DNA of 64,000 nt from Ignavibacteriota bacterium (GTDB lineage Bacteria; Bacteroidota; Ignavibacteria; UBA10030), in the NCBI GenBank assembly GCA_963701295.1, contig OY969585.1, positions 96,001 to 160,000 on the forward strand, read 5' to 3'. The notes below the pieces were generated by a model. It saw nothing but the letters and a program-made list of their open reading frames with translations. It had not been told where the DNA came from and did no database searches. Shown one piece after another: positions 9,932-19,804 of the stretch (the stretch's first letter is position 1; every line of letters starts with the position of its first letter). Made by a program: the position numbers and the translations under genes.

Positions 9932-10736
9932 CGAATCGCTGTCCTATTTTCGATAAGTACTCAAGCGCAACTTTTTCTGGCTCCCCTTCAGTTTCAGTGC
10001 CGTTCACATTCGGACGCAAAGATCGGTAGAGATCGACGGAGGCTCGGAGAGCACGAAGGCAATCGGCAGCCTCGTAGTTCGCAATTGTTCGGCGCAGTTC
10101 CACGGCAAATTCTGGCGCTAACATCTCAATCTTTCGAACGCCCGCCGGGCGGCGGCCCGCACGATAAAGGGCTAACGGACCGAGAACGTTCACTCGCAAG
10201 AATGAAAGAGACTCGATCGCTTCAAACAGTTCACCTCGGCCGATTTTTGTCGCAACGTAATGCACCCAAATCCAGAAACGCTCTTCGATCCACCGCGGGT
10301 TCGGGATCGGGTACTCCGGCTTCCCTTGCTTTAGCACCCTAGTGAAACGTCCTTCGCGCTCCCAGAGGATGGCTGGATCCTCGACTCGCTTGGCAACGTC
10401 TTCAAGAGATACAAACTTCAGATCGATGTGCAAGAGGGGTTCATCATACAGACAGATGAGCAGCCGCGGCTCGCTGACATGTTCGCCGGTAAATGCTGCC
10501 ACGAGATGCCCCAACGAAGCGGCAATTGTTTGGCGCTCGGCCATTACACTCAAGTACTCGTGCGGTTCGATGGCGATGATGAGATCGAGGTCGCTAAATT
10601 CGTCCATGGAATTGGTGAGATACGACCCGCCTGCCGCGACACCCACGATCCGACTGTCAGCGCTCAATAGCTCAACTAACCTGCGGAGAAATTGCCAATG
10701 CGGCTTAGGAACAGTATTGAAGATTTCTTTAATCAT
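9915..10736 (-). CDS. DNA-pol-beta-superfamily nucleotidyltransferase (aminoglycoside/lincosamide NTase-like)
   Basis: GGSY....DEFSDLDL motif, HIDLKF, RFWIWVHY...KIGRGELFEA. Visibly more GC-rich than its neighbours. GTTAGAT core at 10752-10758 just upstream. Confidence 0.8.
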   Translation of the reverse strand: MIKEIFNTVPKPHWQFLRRLVELLSADSRIVGVAAGGSYLTNSMDEFSDLDLIIAIEPHEYLSVMAERQTIAASLGHLVAAFTGEHVSEPRLLICLYDEPLLHIDLKFVSLEDVAKRVEDPAILWEREGRFTRVLKQGKPEYPIPNPRWIEERFWIWVHYVATKIGRGELFEAIESLSFLRVNVLGPLALYRAGRRPAGVRKIEMLAPEFAVELRRTIANYEAADCLRALRASVDLYRSLRPNVNGTETEGEPEKVALEYLSKIGQRFGLTSQ

Positions 10737-11035
10737 GTCGATCCTCTGTCGATCTAACAGATGGCAACTATATTACTGTAGTTTATTAATATCACACGCA
10801 ATAGCGTGTGCCTGAAGCTACGCAGATCTATGATAGAACTTAAAATGTACCATCGCACGACCTGAGTTCCATGTATTTTACTTTTAAGTTTCACAGAAGC
10901 TCTACATGTCATGATTTTTGCATGCAATAAATTTGTATGGCACTTCGTACAATTATATTTTTAAGCCTCCGGCCGTGATGTATTCTTCTGGACAAGCCGA
11001 GTGAGCGCCACAGGCGCCATCCTGCTACATTAGAA

Positions 11036-11626
11036 TTAATATTGATAGCAGGATTTGAGCGGCATATTAGGTATTTTCATAATTGCAGACCAACAGAAAG
11101 GCAATCGAGGTCCTTGGTCTATTTTGAATCCAACATTTTCAGCAATTTTCTTTGTTAATTCAAAACCTTTTCGGGATACATGAAATAATTTTGGTTCTAC
11201 AATTAAGACTTGTCCATTTTCATTCAAGATAGATCTCAGCTCTTTAAAAAACGGTTCTTTGTTGGGGATTTCATGAACCATAAAAAATGCTAACCCAAAA
11301 TCAATCTTTTCTGACACATTTATTTTATCTTTGCCACACTTTACAAGTTTGATTCTCTTTTCTAATTCTGTTCCACGAATTTTGTTGGCAAGTTTTTGCA
11401 GCATTCCATCTTGCAAATCAGCCGAGACTACTTTTCCATTCCTGCCAACCATTTTTGCTAACTCAACAGAAAAAAAACCAGGGCCACATCCAACATCGAG
11501 AACGGTCATTCCTTCTCGAATATAAGGAGACAGTATCTTTTGTGGGTTTTGCAACCACTTCCTAATTTTGCCGTCGAGTGAATTCGCAAGCTCAACAGGA
11601 CAAACACGATTTCTATCATTATCCAT
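11036..11626 (-). CDS. Class I SAM-dependent methyltransferase
   Basis: VLDVGCGPGFFS, VSADLQDGML, FFMVHEIP, GQVLIVEP. GGAGA RBS lies before ATG 11626. Confidence 0.85.
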   Translation of the reverse strand: MDNDRNRVCPVELANSLDGKIRKWLQNPQKILSPYIREGMTVLDVGCGPGFFSVELAKMVGRNGKVVSADLQDGMLQKLANKIRGTELEKRIKLVKCGKDKINVSEKIDFGLAFFMVHEIPNKEPFFKELRSILNENGQVLIVEPKLFHVSRKGFELTKKIAENVGFKIDQGPRLPFCWSAIMKIPNMPLKSCYQY

Positions 11627-11880
11627 ATATTCTCCAATAATAAAAAAAATAAACATGGTATTCGGTTGACTGAGTCGACCATATGCGGCTATGAAGTTGT
11701 ACATAGCAGACATAATTTTTCTTCTTCCCAAACGCTGTTTCTTCAATATGCATCATAAATTTAAATCAGCAAAGATTGCTTAATACCATGGTAACCTCGG
11801 GAACAGAGATAATATGTTTTTTCTTGAGTATAATGTCAAGAAGTGTACTGGGGCGTATGTTATTAAAGTTTCGAACCATT

Positions 11881-11928
11881 CTTAACAATTTCATAACATC
11901 TTGTTTACAGAATGTTTACGTATATTTG
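11881..11928 (+). promoter_or_regulatory. Four-unit Pho box plus TAnnTTTG-type promoter element for pst operon 2
   Basis: CTTAACA (11881), CATAACA (11892), GTTTACA (11903), GTTTACG (11914) at an exact 11-bp period, then TATATTTG (11921-11928). Confidence 0.75.
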
Positions 11929-11967
11929 AAACATTAAATGATTCATAATTTCATAAGGAATTCAAGT

Positions 11968-12837
11968 ATGACTAAATCATCACATTTCATTATTGGCACA
12001 ACTCTGACGCTACTCTTTCTCAGCGGCTGTGCAAGGAAGAGCAATGAACAATCCAATGCCCTGCAAATTAAAGGGTCCGACACCATGGTAAATCTCGGAC
12101 AGGCTTGGGCTGAAGCATATATGAAACTAAATCCGGGAACATCTATTGCAGTAACGGGCGGCGGCTCCGGAACAGGGATATCAGCGATAGTGAACAATAC
12201 ATGCGATATCGCAGAAGTATCGCGTGAGATGAAAGAGAGTGAAATCAAACTTGTTGAATCAAAAGGATTTACTCCAAAAAAAATTATTGTTGCTCTGGAC
12301 GGCCTTGCTGTTGTAGTGAATCCGGCAAATAAAATCTCCGAACTCATGATCGACCAGCTTGCTGATGTGTTTACGGGAAAGATTAAGAATTGGAAAGAAC
12401 TCGGTGGACGCGATGCAAAGATCGTACTACTCTCTCGCGAAGTCAACTCTGGAACGCATGTATATTTTAAAGAACATGTTCTCCGCCACGGGATAGCAGA
12501 TGGGAAAGAAGAATTTGCACCGGAAGCGCTGCTCCTTTCAAGCTCTCAGGCAATTGCCGATGAGGTGTCGCAAAATCATGATGCAATCGGATACTACGGC
12601 ATGGGATATATCACATCAAAGGAGAAAGCCTTGAAGATTTCGAAGGAAAAGAATTCCCCGGCAGAAGCTCCTACAATGGAAAATGTTATCAGTAATGCTT
12701 ATCCCATTTCACGTCCGCTTTTGATGTACACGAAAGGCGAACCGCAAGGTCTAGTAAAGAAGTTTATTGACTATATTCTTTCTCCTGCTGGGCAAGAGAT
12801 AGTGAAAAAACTGGATTTCGTTCCGGTGCAAAAGTAA
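11968..12837 (+). CDS. pstS: Phosphate-binding lipoprotein PstS (second, divergent type)
   Basis: Lipobox LSGC, IKGSDTM, VTGGGSGTG, SREVNSGTH, YPISRPL. AAGGA RBS lies before ATG 11968 (track start 11938). Confidence 0.92.
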   Translation: MTKSSHFIIGTTLTLLFLSGCARKSNEQSNALQIKGSDTMVNLGQAWAEAYMKLNPGTSIAVTGGGSGTGISAIVNNTCDIAEVSREMKESEIKLVESKGFTPKKIIVALDGLAVVVNPANKISELMIDQLADVFTGKIKNWKELGGRDAKIVLLSREVNSGTHVYFKEHVLRHGIADGKEEFAPEALLLSSSQAIADEVSQNHDAIGYYGMGYITSKEKALKISKEKNSPAEAPTMENVISNAYPISRPLLMYTKGEPQGLVKKFIDYILSPAGQEIVKKLDFVPVQK

Positions 12838-12856
12838 TCATCATTTCACTTGCACA

Positions 12857-13753
12857 GTGCTCAAGCGAATGGACCTTCGTATTAGAATTCAGAAAATAAG
12901 AGAATTCATCATTGAACGGATGATTTCTCTCAGTGCGATTCTGTCCATCATCATTGTAGCATTGATCTTTGCATTTCTCTTGAAAGAGGGGCTGTCCATC
13001 TTCTGGCGGGTTCCTCTTTCCGATTTTTTATTCGCACGAAATTGGTATCCTATTTCCGAACCTCCGCAATTCGGAATTTTGCCTCTGATCCTCGGTTCAA
13101 TTCTCGTCACGGCAGGCGCGGGAATAATTTCGATTCCCATCGGAATCGCCAGCGCACTCTTCATAGCAGAAATCGCCCCGCGTAAAACGAAAGAAGTGAT
13201 GAAAGCCGGCATTGAACTCCTTGCAGCTATTCCTTCTGTCGTCATAGGTTTTATCGGAATGATAACGCTTGGCCCGATGATAAAAACGATATTCAATCTT
13301 TCTACCGGCCTCACCGCATTATCAGGCTCTATCACGCTCGCATTTATGGCAATGCCGACGATTGTTTCCATTGCAGAGGATGCGATTACAGCCGTACCCC
13401 GTCAGTACCGCGAAGCGGCAATTGCCATGGGAGCTACAAAGTGGCAAACCACATGGCGCATTGTTGCATACGCCGCCCGTCCAGGAATGCTTGCCGCGGT
13501 CATGCTTGGTATCGGAAGAGTAATCGGTGAAACGATGGCAGTTATGATGGTAACCGGAAACGCCGCACTCATTCCCCACAGCATCCTTCAACCTGTGCGT
13601 ACGTTGACTGCAACCGTTGCGGCTGAAATGGGTGAGACAGTTCAAGGCGGTGAACATTACGCTGCACTCTTTGCAATCGGCATCGTCTTATTCATCATTA
13701 CTTTCTTAATTAACGGTGTAGCAGATATTTATCTCAATAAAACAAAGAAATAG
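12857..13753 (+). CDS. pstC: Phosphate ABC transporter permease PstC (copy 2)
   Basis: WYP..FGILPLILGS, ELLAAIPSVVIG, GRVIGETMAV. Alternative start ATG 12869. Confidence 0.93.
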   Translation: MLKRMDLRIRIQKIREFIIERMISLSAILSIIIVALIFAFLLKEGLSIFWRVPLSDFLFARNWYPISEPPQFGILPLILGSILVTAGAGIISIPIGIASALFIAEIAPRKTKEVMKAGIELLAAIPSVVIGFIGMITLGPMIKTIFNLSTGLTALSGSITLAFMAMPTIVSIAEDAITAVPRQYREAAIAMGATKWQTTWRIVAYAARPGMLAAVMLGIGRVIGETMAVMMVTGNAALIPHSILQPVRTLTATVAAEMGETVQGGEHYAALFAIGIVLFIITFLINGVADIYLNKTKK

Positions 13754-14616
13754 TGAGCCCGGATAAATTTATGAATGTCCAAGTAGAACAAAAGATTGCT
13801 TTCAGTATTCTCTTCTTCTGCACATTGCTGGTCATTCTACCGGTTCTGGTGATTCTTTTTATTATATTCGCCAGAGGAATCAGTGCCATAGATATTTCGT
13901 TTCTTACCGAGATGCCGACGAACGGAATGACTGCCGGTGGTATTTTGCCTGCAATTCTTGGCACACTCTATCTTGTGCTTGGAGCAATTCTCTTTGCTGT
14001 ACCGTTGGGAGTTCTCTCCGCAATTTATCTTGTTGAGTATTCGCGTGAAAACATATTAAGCCGTATTGTGAAACTCGCGATTGTCAATCTTGCCGGAGTT
14101 CCATCGGTGGTCTATGGTCTCTTCGGATTAGGCATCTTTGTTTTGTTCTTAGGATTTGGCGCATCGATTCTTTCCGGTTCGCTGACTTTAGGAATTATGA
14201 TTTTGCCGGTGATCATTACTGCATCTCGTGAAGCGTTGGAGAGTGTTCCAAAATCATTTCGCATTGTCAGTCTATCACTCGGTGCGAGTAAATGGCAAAC
14301 GATTCGACATTCTGTGCTGCCGCATGCACTCCCGGGCATTCTCACCGGGACCATTCTCGGCCTCGGCCGAGCTGCGGGTGAGACAGCTCCCATCTTGTTT
14401 ACTGTTGCAGCGTTCTATCTTCCAAAACTGCCGACCTCGTTATTCGACCAAACAATGGCGCTGCCGTATCATCTGTATGTTATTTCCACACAGGTTCCGG
14501 GTATTCCGGAAAACGTTCGTTACGGAACTGCCCTTGTTCTCCTTTTACTGGTATTACTTTTAAATCTCACTGCCATTATTCTGCGATACCAATTCAGAAA
14601 GCGCAAAAAATGGTAG
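13753..14616 (+). CDS. pstA: Phosphate ABC transporter permease PstA (copy 2)
   Basis: [37 protein letters not shown]. Confidence 0.93.
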   Translation: MSPDKFMNVQVEQKIAFSILFFCTLLVILPVLVILFIIFARGISAIDISFLTEMPTNGMTAGGILPAILGTLYLVLGAILFAVPLGVLSAIYLVEYSRENILSRIVKLAIVNLAGVPSVVYGLFGLGIFVLFLGFGASILSGSLTLGIMILPVIITASREALESVPKSFRIVSLSLGASKWQTIRHSVLPHALPGILTGTILGLGRAAGETAPILFTVAAFYLPKLPTSLFDQTMALPYHLYVISTQVPGIPENVRYGTALVLLLLVLLLNLTAIILRYQFRKRKKW

Positions 14617-15372
14617 AGACCGAGAGAGTAAAAATTTCTATCCGCGATTTTTCTATTCACTTTGGTGATGTCACAGCACTCAAAGGGTTAAATCTTGATA
14701 TTTATAAAAATGAAATATTTACGATCATCGGTCCGGCGAACTCAGGAAAATCATCATTACTGCAATCATTAAATCGCTTGAATGATCTCACTCCGTCATA
14801 TAAAAGAACCGGCACGATTCTTATTGATGACCAAGAGATAGACTCTGTCGATGTGGAATCACTTCGCAAAAGAGTCAGCATCGTGTTTGCATTGCCCTTT
14901 CCACTTCCAATATCCATCTTTGATAATATTGCCTACGGACCGCGTATGCACGGCGTTAAAAACAAATTGAGGCTTGCCGAGATCATTGAAAAGGGATTGC
15001 GTGAAGCATATCTTTGGGATGAGGTAAAAGATCGGCTCGATTTGCCTGCGATGAACCTTTCTGGCGGTCAGCAGCAGCGATTATGTATTGCGCGCATATT
15101 AGCAGTTGAGCCGGAAATTATTATGTTCGACGAACCAACATCTGGTCTCGATCCGATTTCTACAGCACGTGTCGAAGAAACCCTACGAGTACCTGAAAGA
15201 ACGTTACACGATTATTCTTGTAACAAACAATGTTGCTCAGGCAGCTCGTGTAGGTGATAGAACAGCATTTCTCTTGATGGGAGAGCTGATTGAATTAAAT
15301 GAAACAAAACGCCTATTCACAATGGCGCAGGATAAACGCACCGATGATTATCTTACCGGGAAATTCGGATGA
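14610..15372 (+). pseudogene. pstB: PstB-family ATPase (2a), frameshifted near 15180-15190
   Basis: ORF 14610-15257 ([27 protein letters not shown]) continues in ORF 15106-15372 ([18 protein letters not shown]...DDYLTGKFG). One extra base in GAAACCCTACGAGTAC. May be an assembly error. Confidence 0.8.
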
Positions 15373-16132
15373 GTACAGATAAACCAATCATCGAAGCGCG
15401 TCATCTCAATTTATTCTACGGGAAATTCCAGGCACTTATCGATATAGGCCTCGTGATCGAACAACAGCACATTACCGCTTTGATCGGGCCTTCGGGATGC
15501 GGCAAATCGACACTTGTGCGTGTATTCAATCGAATGAATGATTTGATTGAAGGAGTTCGGGTCAACGGAGAGGTAACGGTTCAGGGTGACAATATTTTTG
15601 CTCCGGAAACCGATCTCATAGCGCTGCGAAGAAAAGTCGGCATGGTATTCCAGCGGCCAAACCCATTTCCGTTATCTGTTCGAGATAATCTTACATTCGG
15701 CCTTGAGATTCATCGCGAGCACTCAAAAAAGAACCACTCTGGTATCATCGAGCAATCATTAAAAGACGTATCCTTTGGGATGATTTGAAAGATCGCCTCG
15801 ATCAATCTGCGCTGCGCCTTTCTCTGGAACAACAGCAGCGCTTGTGTATTGCGCGTGTCTTGGCAATGAAACCGCAAATCATTCTTATGGATGAGCCATG
15901 TTCAACGCTCGATCCCATTGCAACATTGAAGATTGAAGAACTGATGCAAGAATTAAAAAAGGATTATACAATCGTCATAGTCACACACAACATGCAGCAA
16001 GCCGCGCGCGCCAGTGATTACACCGCATTTCTTTATATCGGCAAATTGATAGAGTTTGGAGAAACAAAACGCATCTTTTCTGCCCCGGAAGAAAAACAAA
16101 CGGAAGATTATATTACAGGAAGATTTGGATAA
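15369..16132 (+). pseudogene. pstB: PstB-family ATPase (2b), frameshifted near 15772
   Basis: ORF 15369-15788 ([18 protein letters not shown]) plus ORF 15785-16132 ([16 protein letters not shown]). Adding one C (TCC[C]TTTGGGATGATTTG) restores [10 protein letters not shown]. May be an assembly error. Confidence 0.8.
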
Positions 16133-16146
16133 GAGGAGATACCGCT

Positions 16147-16824
16147 ATGGAACGTCATTTTCAAAAAGAATTAGAAAGCCTTAAGACCTCACTCGTCAAA
16201 ATGGGAAGTGTGGTGGAAGAAAATATTGCGATAGCAATTCGTTCAGTGATGGAGAAGAATCAAGAACTGGCGCTCAAAGTCATCGAAGCAGACACACGAG
16301 TCGATGCTCTTGAGATCGAAATCGACAATGCCATCGTTGATTTACTTGCCTTGCAGCAGCCTGTAGCAAGCGACTTGAGATTTATTCTAGCTGCATTAAA
16401 AATTAATAACGATTTGGAACGCATTGGCGACCATGCTGTGAACATCGCTCAGGCGGCACAAGTACTCTGTTCGCTCCCCAACGCAGAGTTACTAGACGAA
16501 ATTCCTAAAATGGCAGATATCACAAGGACAATGTTGAAAGAAGCGATCGACAGCTTCATCCTTCTCGATCCTGTGAAAGCACGTATTGTTTTAAAAACCG
16601 ACGACCAGATCGATGATCTCAACCGAATAGTCATACGAAAAGTCATTGAATTGCTGAAGACCAACAAACAGACTGCCGAATGCGGGCTGGAAGTAAGCCT
16701 TGTGAGCAGAAACATGGAACGTGTTGCCGATTTAGCGACGAACATTGCCGAAGAAGTTATCTTCCATACACAGGCACGCGTCGTCAAACATCATGCAGAG
16801 GAAAAAAAGAAACCAGTTTCATAA
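16147..16824 (+). CDS. phoU: PhoU (copy 2)
   Basis: LLALQQPVASDLRF, DLERIGDHAVNIA, NMERVADLATNIAE. GAGGAG RBS. Confidence 0.95.
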   Translation: MERHFQKELESLKTSLVKMGSVVEENIAIAIRSVMEKNQELALKVIEADTRVDALEIEIDNAIVDLLALQQPVASDLRFILAALKINNDLERIGDHAVNIAQAAQVLCSLPNAELLDEIPKMADITRTMLKEAIDSFILLDPVKARIVLKTDDQIDDLNRIVIRKVIELLKTNKQTAECGLEVSLVSRNMERVADLATNIAEEVIFHTQARVVKHHAEEKKKPVS

Positions 16825-16896
16825 TATTCTTGTTCATAGAATACGAAATCTTGCAGCAACGGTACTTCGAGATTCTTCTTCCTCTCATCGACGTAT

Positions 16897-19695
16897 CTAA
16901 ATCTCATTCTTCGGCGGATTATTCTTCTCTTGCATCTTCGCCATAAGTTGCGGATACAATTTTTGCGCACACTCTGGACAAACGCCATGACTAAATGTAG
17001 CTTCCGAGTGCTCATTGATGTACTCTTCCAACTGGTTCCAGTATCCTTTATCATCACGTATTTTCTTACAGCTTGCACAAATTAGAATAAGGCCATTCAA
17101 CACTTTGATTTTGGCTAAAGCTTCATCAACACTTTTTATTAGTTCTTCTTTACGCTTGAGGAGTTGTCTTACACGCAGACGATACACACCAAAACCGGCT
17201 CCAATAAAAGCAACGATCACTAATCCATAGAACCATATTGTTTTCCAAAAAGGAGGAGTGATGATAATTCGAATAGAAGTTCCCTTATCATTCCATACGC
17301 CTTGATTATTAGAAGCTTTGACACGAAATGTGTATGTCCCTCCCGACAAATTCGTATATGTTACGAAACGCCTATCCGCATCCGTATAATTCCATTCTTT
17401 CTCAAATCCTTCCATCATATATGCATAGGAATTTCCCTTTGGTGAAACATAATGAAGGCCTGCAAATTCAAAAGAAAAAACATTCTCTTTATAGGAAAGA
17501 TGAACCTCGTCGCACTCTGAGATGGAACGTTGAAGAATTGTGCGTCCGTCAATTCCCTTACCTATTGGAACAGGTTTATTAAAGATTTGAAAATCGGTGA
17601 TCACAACTGATGGGCGAGATGTATCAACACGGATACTGTCTGGGTGAAAAATATTGAAACCATTCGTGCCGCCAAAAATCATCTCTCCGCTTTTAAGCTT
17701 ACAACAGGCATTTGTTGCAAACTCATTGCTTTGAAGTCCATTACTCTGATAGTAATTCTTAAATTTAATTGTGCGAGGATCAAGTTTAGATAATCCATGA
17801 TTGGTGCCGATCCAGAGATTGCCATGATCATCTTCAAGTATTCCTTGTACACTGTTGTCTGGTAACCCGTCACTTTCGAAATACTGATGGAAAGTTTCGG
17901 TATTTTGATCAAATTTATTGAGACCGTTTGATGTGCCTAACCAAATTGCACCGATGCGATCTTCATGGAGACATATAACTTTATCATCGCTTATACTGTT
18001 GGAATCTCGACTATCAGACCGATAATGGAAGAATATTCCTTTTTCAGGATCAAAACGTTCCACCCCCTTGAACAGGGTTCCAATCCAAAAACTACCCGAA
18101 GAAACCTCACACAATGTCCAAACACAATTGTCGCTTATACTCTTCGAGTCATTTTGATCGTGAACATATCGAGTAAATTCTCCCTTTTCATAATCGAATC
18201 GATTTATGCCGCCGCCAAAGGTTCCTACCCACAAATTTCCTACTCGGTCCTCGCAAATTCTCCATATAAAATTATTACTTAAACTATGAGGATTATTGTT
18301 ATCCAATTGATAATGGATGAATTTCCCTTTCTTCCGATCAAAATAATCCAAACCATTATCTGTGCCGATCCATAATTTATTGTATCTATCTTCGTATATA
18401 CTTCGAACCACATCATTGCTCAGACTATTAGAATTGTTCGGAATATGAATATAGTGCGTAAATTGATTTTTCCCCCGGTCTAAACAATCTAAACCTCCTC
18501 CATCAGTTCCTATCCAAATCATTCCCTGGCGATCTTCGTAAACAGCATGGACCGTATTCTTACACAAGCTGTTTACATCATTGGGATGATTTCTATAAAG
18601 TTTGAATTGTCTTTTACCCATATTATATTTATTGATTCCATTATAACTCGTTCCTACCCATAGTATGCCCAACTTATCTTCAAAGATTGAAAGCACCGAA
18701 TTACCGCTAAGGCTTGCAGGATCTTGAGGATTGTTTCGATAATGAACAAATTTATCATTGATCCCAACTTTTGAACCAGCAACAAATTTATCAAGTCCTC
18801 CACCATCGGTACCGATCCAGAGATTTCCGTCATGATCTTCGATAATAGATCTGACAATATTGTGACTTAAACTATTAGGTTTGTTCGGATTGTTCTGATA
18901 ATGGACAAATTGCTTCTTTTGAGGATCAAACCGATTCAATCCACCGCCCCATGTCCCTACCCACAGATTCCCTACATGGTCTTCGCAGATTCTCGATGAG
19001 CCATTTATACTGTGAGGATTATCAGGATCATTTTGATAGCAGGTGAATTCTCCTTTCTTTCGGTCAAAATAATTCAATCCGTCATCAGTGCCAACCCAAA
19101 GACGTCCGTGCCTATCCTCAAGAATCGATAATACATTATTCTGTCTCAGACTTTTGGGGTTACTCGGATTACATTTGTAATGTATAAATTTTTCTTTTTT
19201 CCTGTCAAACTGATCGAGACCTCCTCCTTGTGTACCTATCCAAAGTGTTCCCGACCGATCTTCGTAAATAGATCGAACAAAGTTAGTACTTAAGCTATTC
19301 GGATCATTCAGATTATTTTTGTAATGAATAAATTTTTCTTCTTCTCTATCAAAGCGATTAAGTCCATCTTCCGTTCCAACCCAAAACGTACCCAAGTGAT
19401 CCTCTATAATAGATTCAACACTATTATTGCTCAGGCTAAACGGGTTTTTAGGATCGTTTTTATATACCTTAAAAGTATATCCATCATAACGATTGAGACC
19501 TGCATAAGTACCAAACCATAAAAAACCCTTGCTGTCTTGACAGATGCTTAATATCGAACTCTGGGATAGCCCGGATTCAGTCGATATCCTTTCAAATTGA
19601 ATTTCATCCGTCTGAGAATAGGATCGGGGGGCAAAGAATATTATTGTAATGTTCAATGCAATAGCCAGTCTATATATTGCATTTTTCATTTTCAT
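16897..19695 (-). CDS. Beta-propeller/Y_Y_Y membrane sensor with a C-terminal Cys/His domain; no PAS, no kinase
   Basis: Signal peptide, ~14 Reg_prop repeats (EDxxGxLWxGTxGGGL), Y_Y_Y (YAYMMEGFEKEW...YTNLSGGTYTFRVKASN), PPFWKTIWF TM, then ICASCKKIRDDKGYW...FSHGVCPEC. Track start is 19722. Confidence 0.85.
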   Translation of the reverse strand: MKMKNAIYRLAIALNITIIFFAPRSYSQTDEIQFERISTESGLSQSSILSICQDSKGFLWFGTYAGLNRYDGYTFKVYKNDPKNPFSLSNNSVESIIEDHLGTFWVGTEDGLNRFDREEEKFIHYKNNLNDPNSLSTNFVRSIYEDRSGTLWIGTQGGGLDQFDRKKEKFIHYKCNPSNPKSLRQNNVLSILEDRHGRLWVGTDDGLNYFDRKKGEFTCYQNDPDNPHSINGSSRICEDHVGNLWVGTWGGGLNRFDPQKKQFVHYQNNPNKPNSLSHNIVRSIIEDHDGNLWIGTDGGGLDKFVAGSKVGINDKFVHYRNNPQDPASLSGNSVLSIFEDKLGILWVGTSYNGINKYNMGKRQFKLYRNHPNDVNSLCKNTVHAVYEDRQGMIWIGTDGGGLDCLDRGKNQFTHYIHIPNNSNSLSNDVVRSIYEDRYNKLWIGTDNGLDYFDRKKGKFIHYQLDNNNPHSLSNNFIWRICEDRVGNLWVGTFGGGINRFDYEKGEFTRYVHDQNDSKSISDNCVWTLCEVSSGSFWIGTLFKGVERFDPEKGIFFHYRSDSRDSNSISDDKVICLHEDRIGAIWLGTSNGLNKFDQNTETFHQYFESDGLPDNSVQGILEDDHGNLWIGTNHGLSKLDPRTIKFKNYYQSNGLQSNEFATNACCKLKSGEMIFGGTNGFNIFHPDSIRVDTSRPSVVITDFQIFNKPVPIGKGIDGRTILQRSISECDEVHLSYKENVFSFEFAGLHYVSPKGNSYAYMMEGFEKEWNYTDADRRFVTYTNLSGGTYTFRVKASNNQGVWNDKGTSIRIIITPPFWKTIWFYGLVIVAFIGAGFGVYRLRVRQLLKRKEELIKSVDEALAKIKVLNGLILICASCKKIRDDKGYWNQLEEYINEHSEATFSHGVCPECAQKLYPQLMAKMQEKNNPPKNEI

Positions 19696-19804
19696 TCTTT
19701 CTATAGTGAAAATGAATATCAAGAACAGAAAAAGAAAATAAATAGTGAAGAGAGGTTTTGGCTTATAATCATCGAAAATACTTCCTCCTTCATATTATAA
19801 CACC

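Noticed and set aside
10085-10815. Plus-strand ORFs of 80-157 aa
   Set aside because: Antisense shadows of the GC-rich nucleotidyltransferase gene.
15175-15790. Programmed frameshifting in the pstB genes
   Set aside because: I see no X-XXY-YYZ slippery site or stimulatory structure, and the two breaks have opposite sign.
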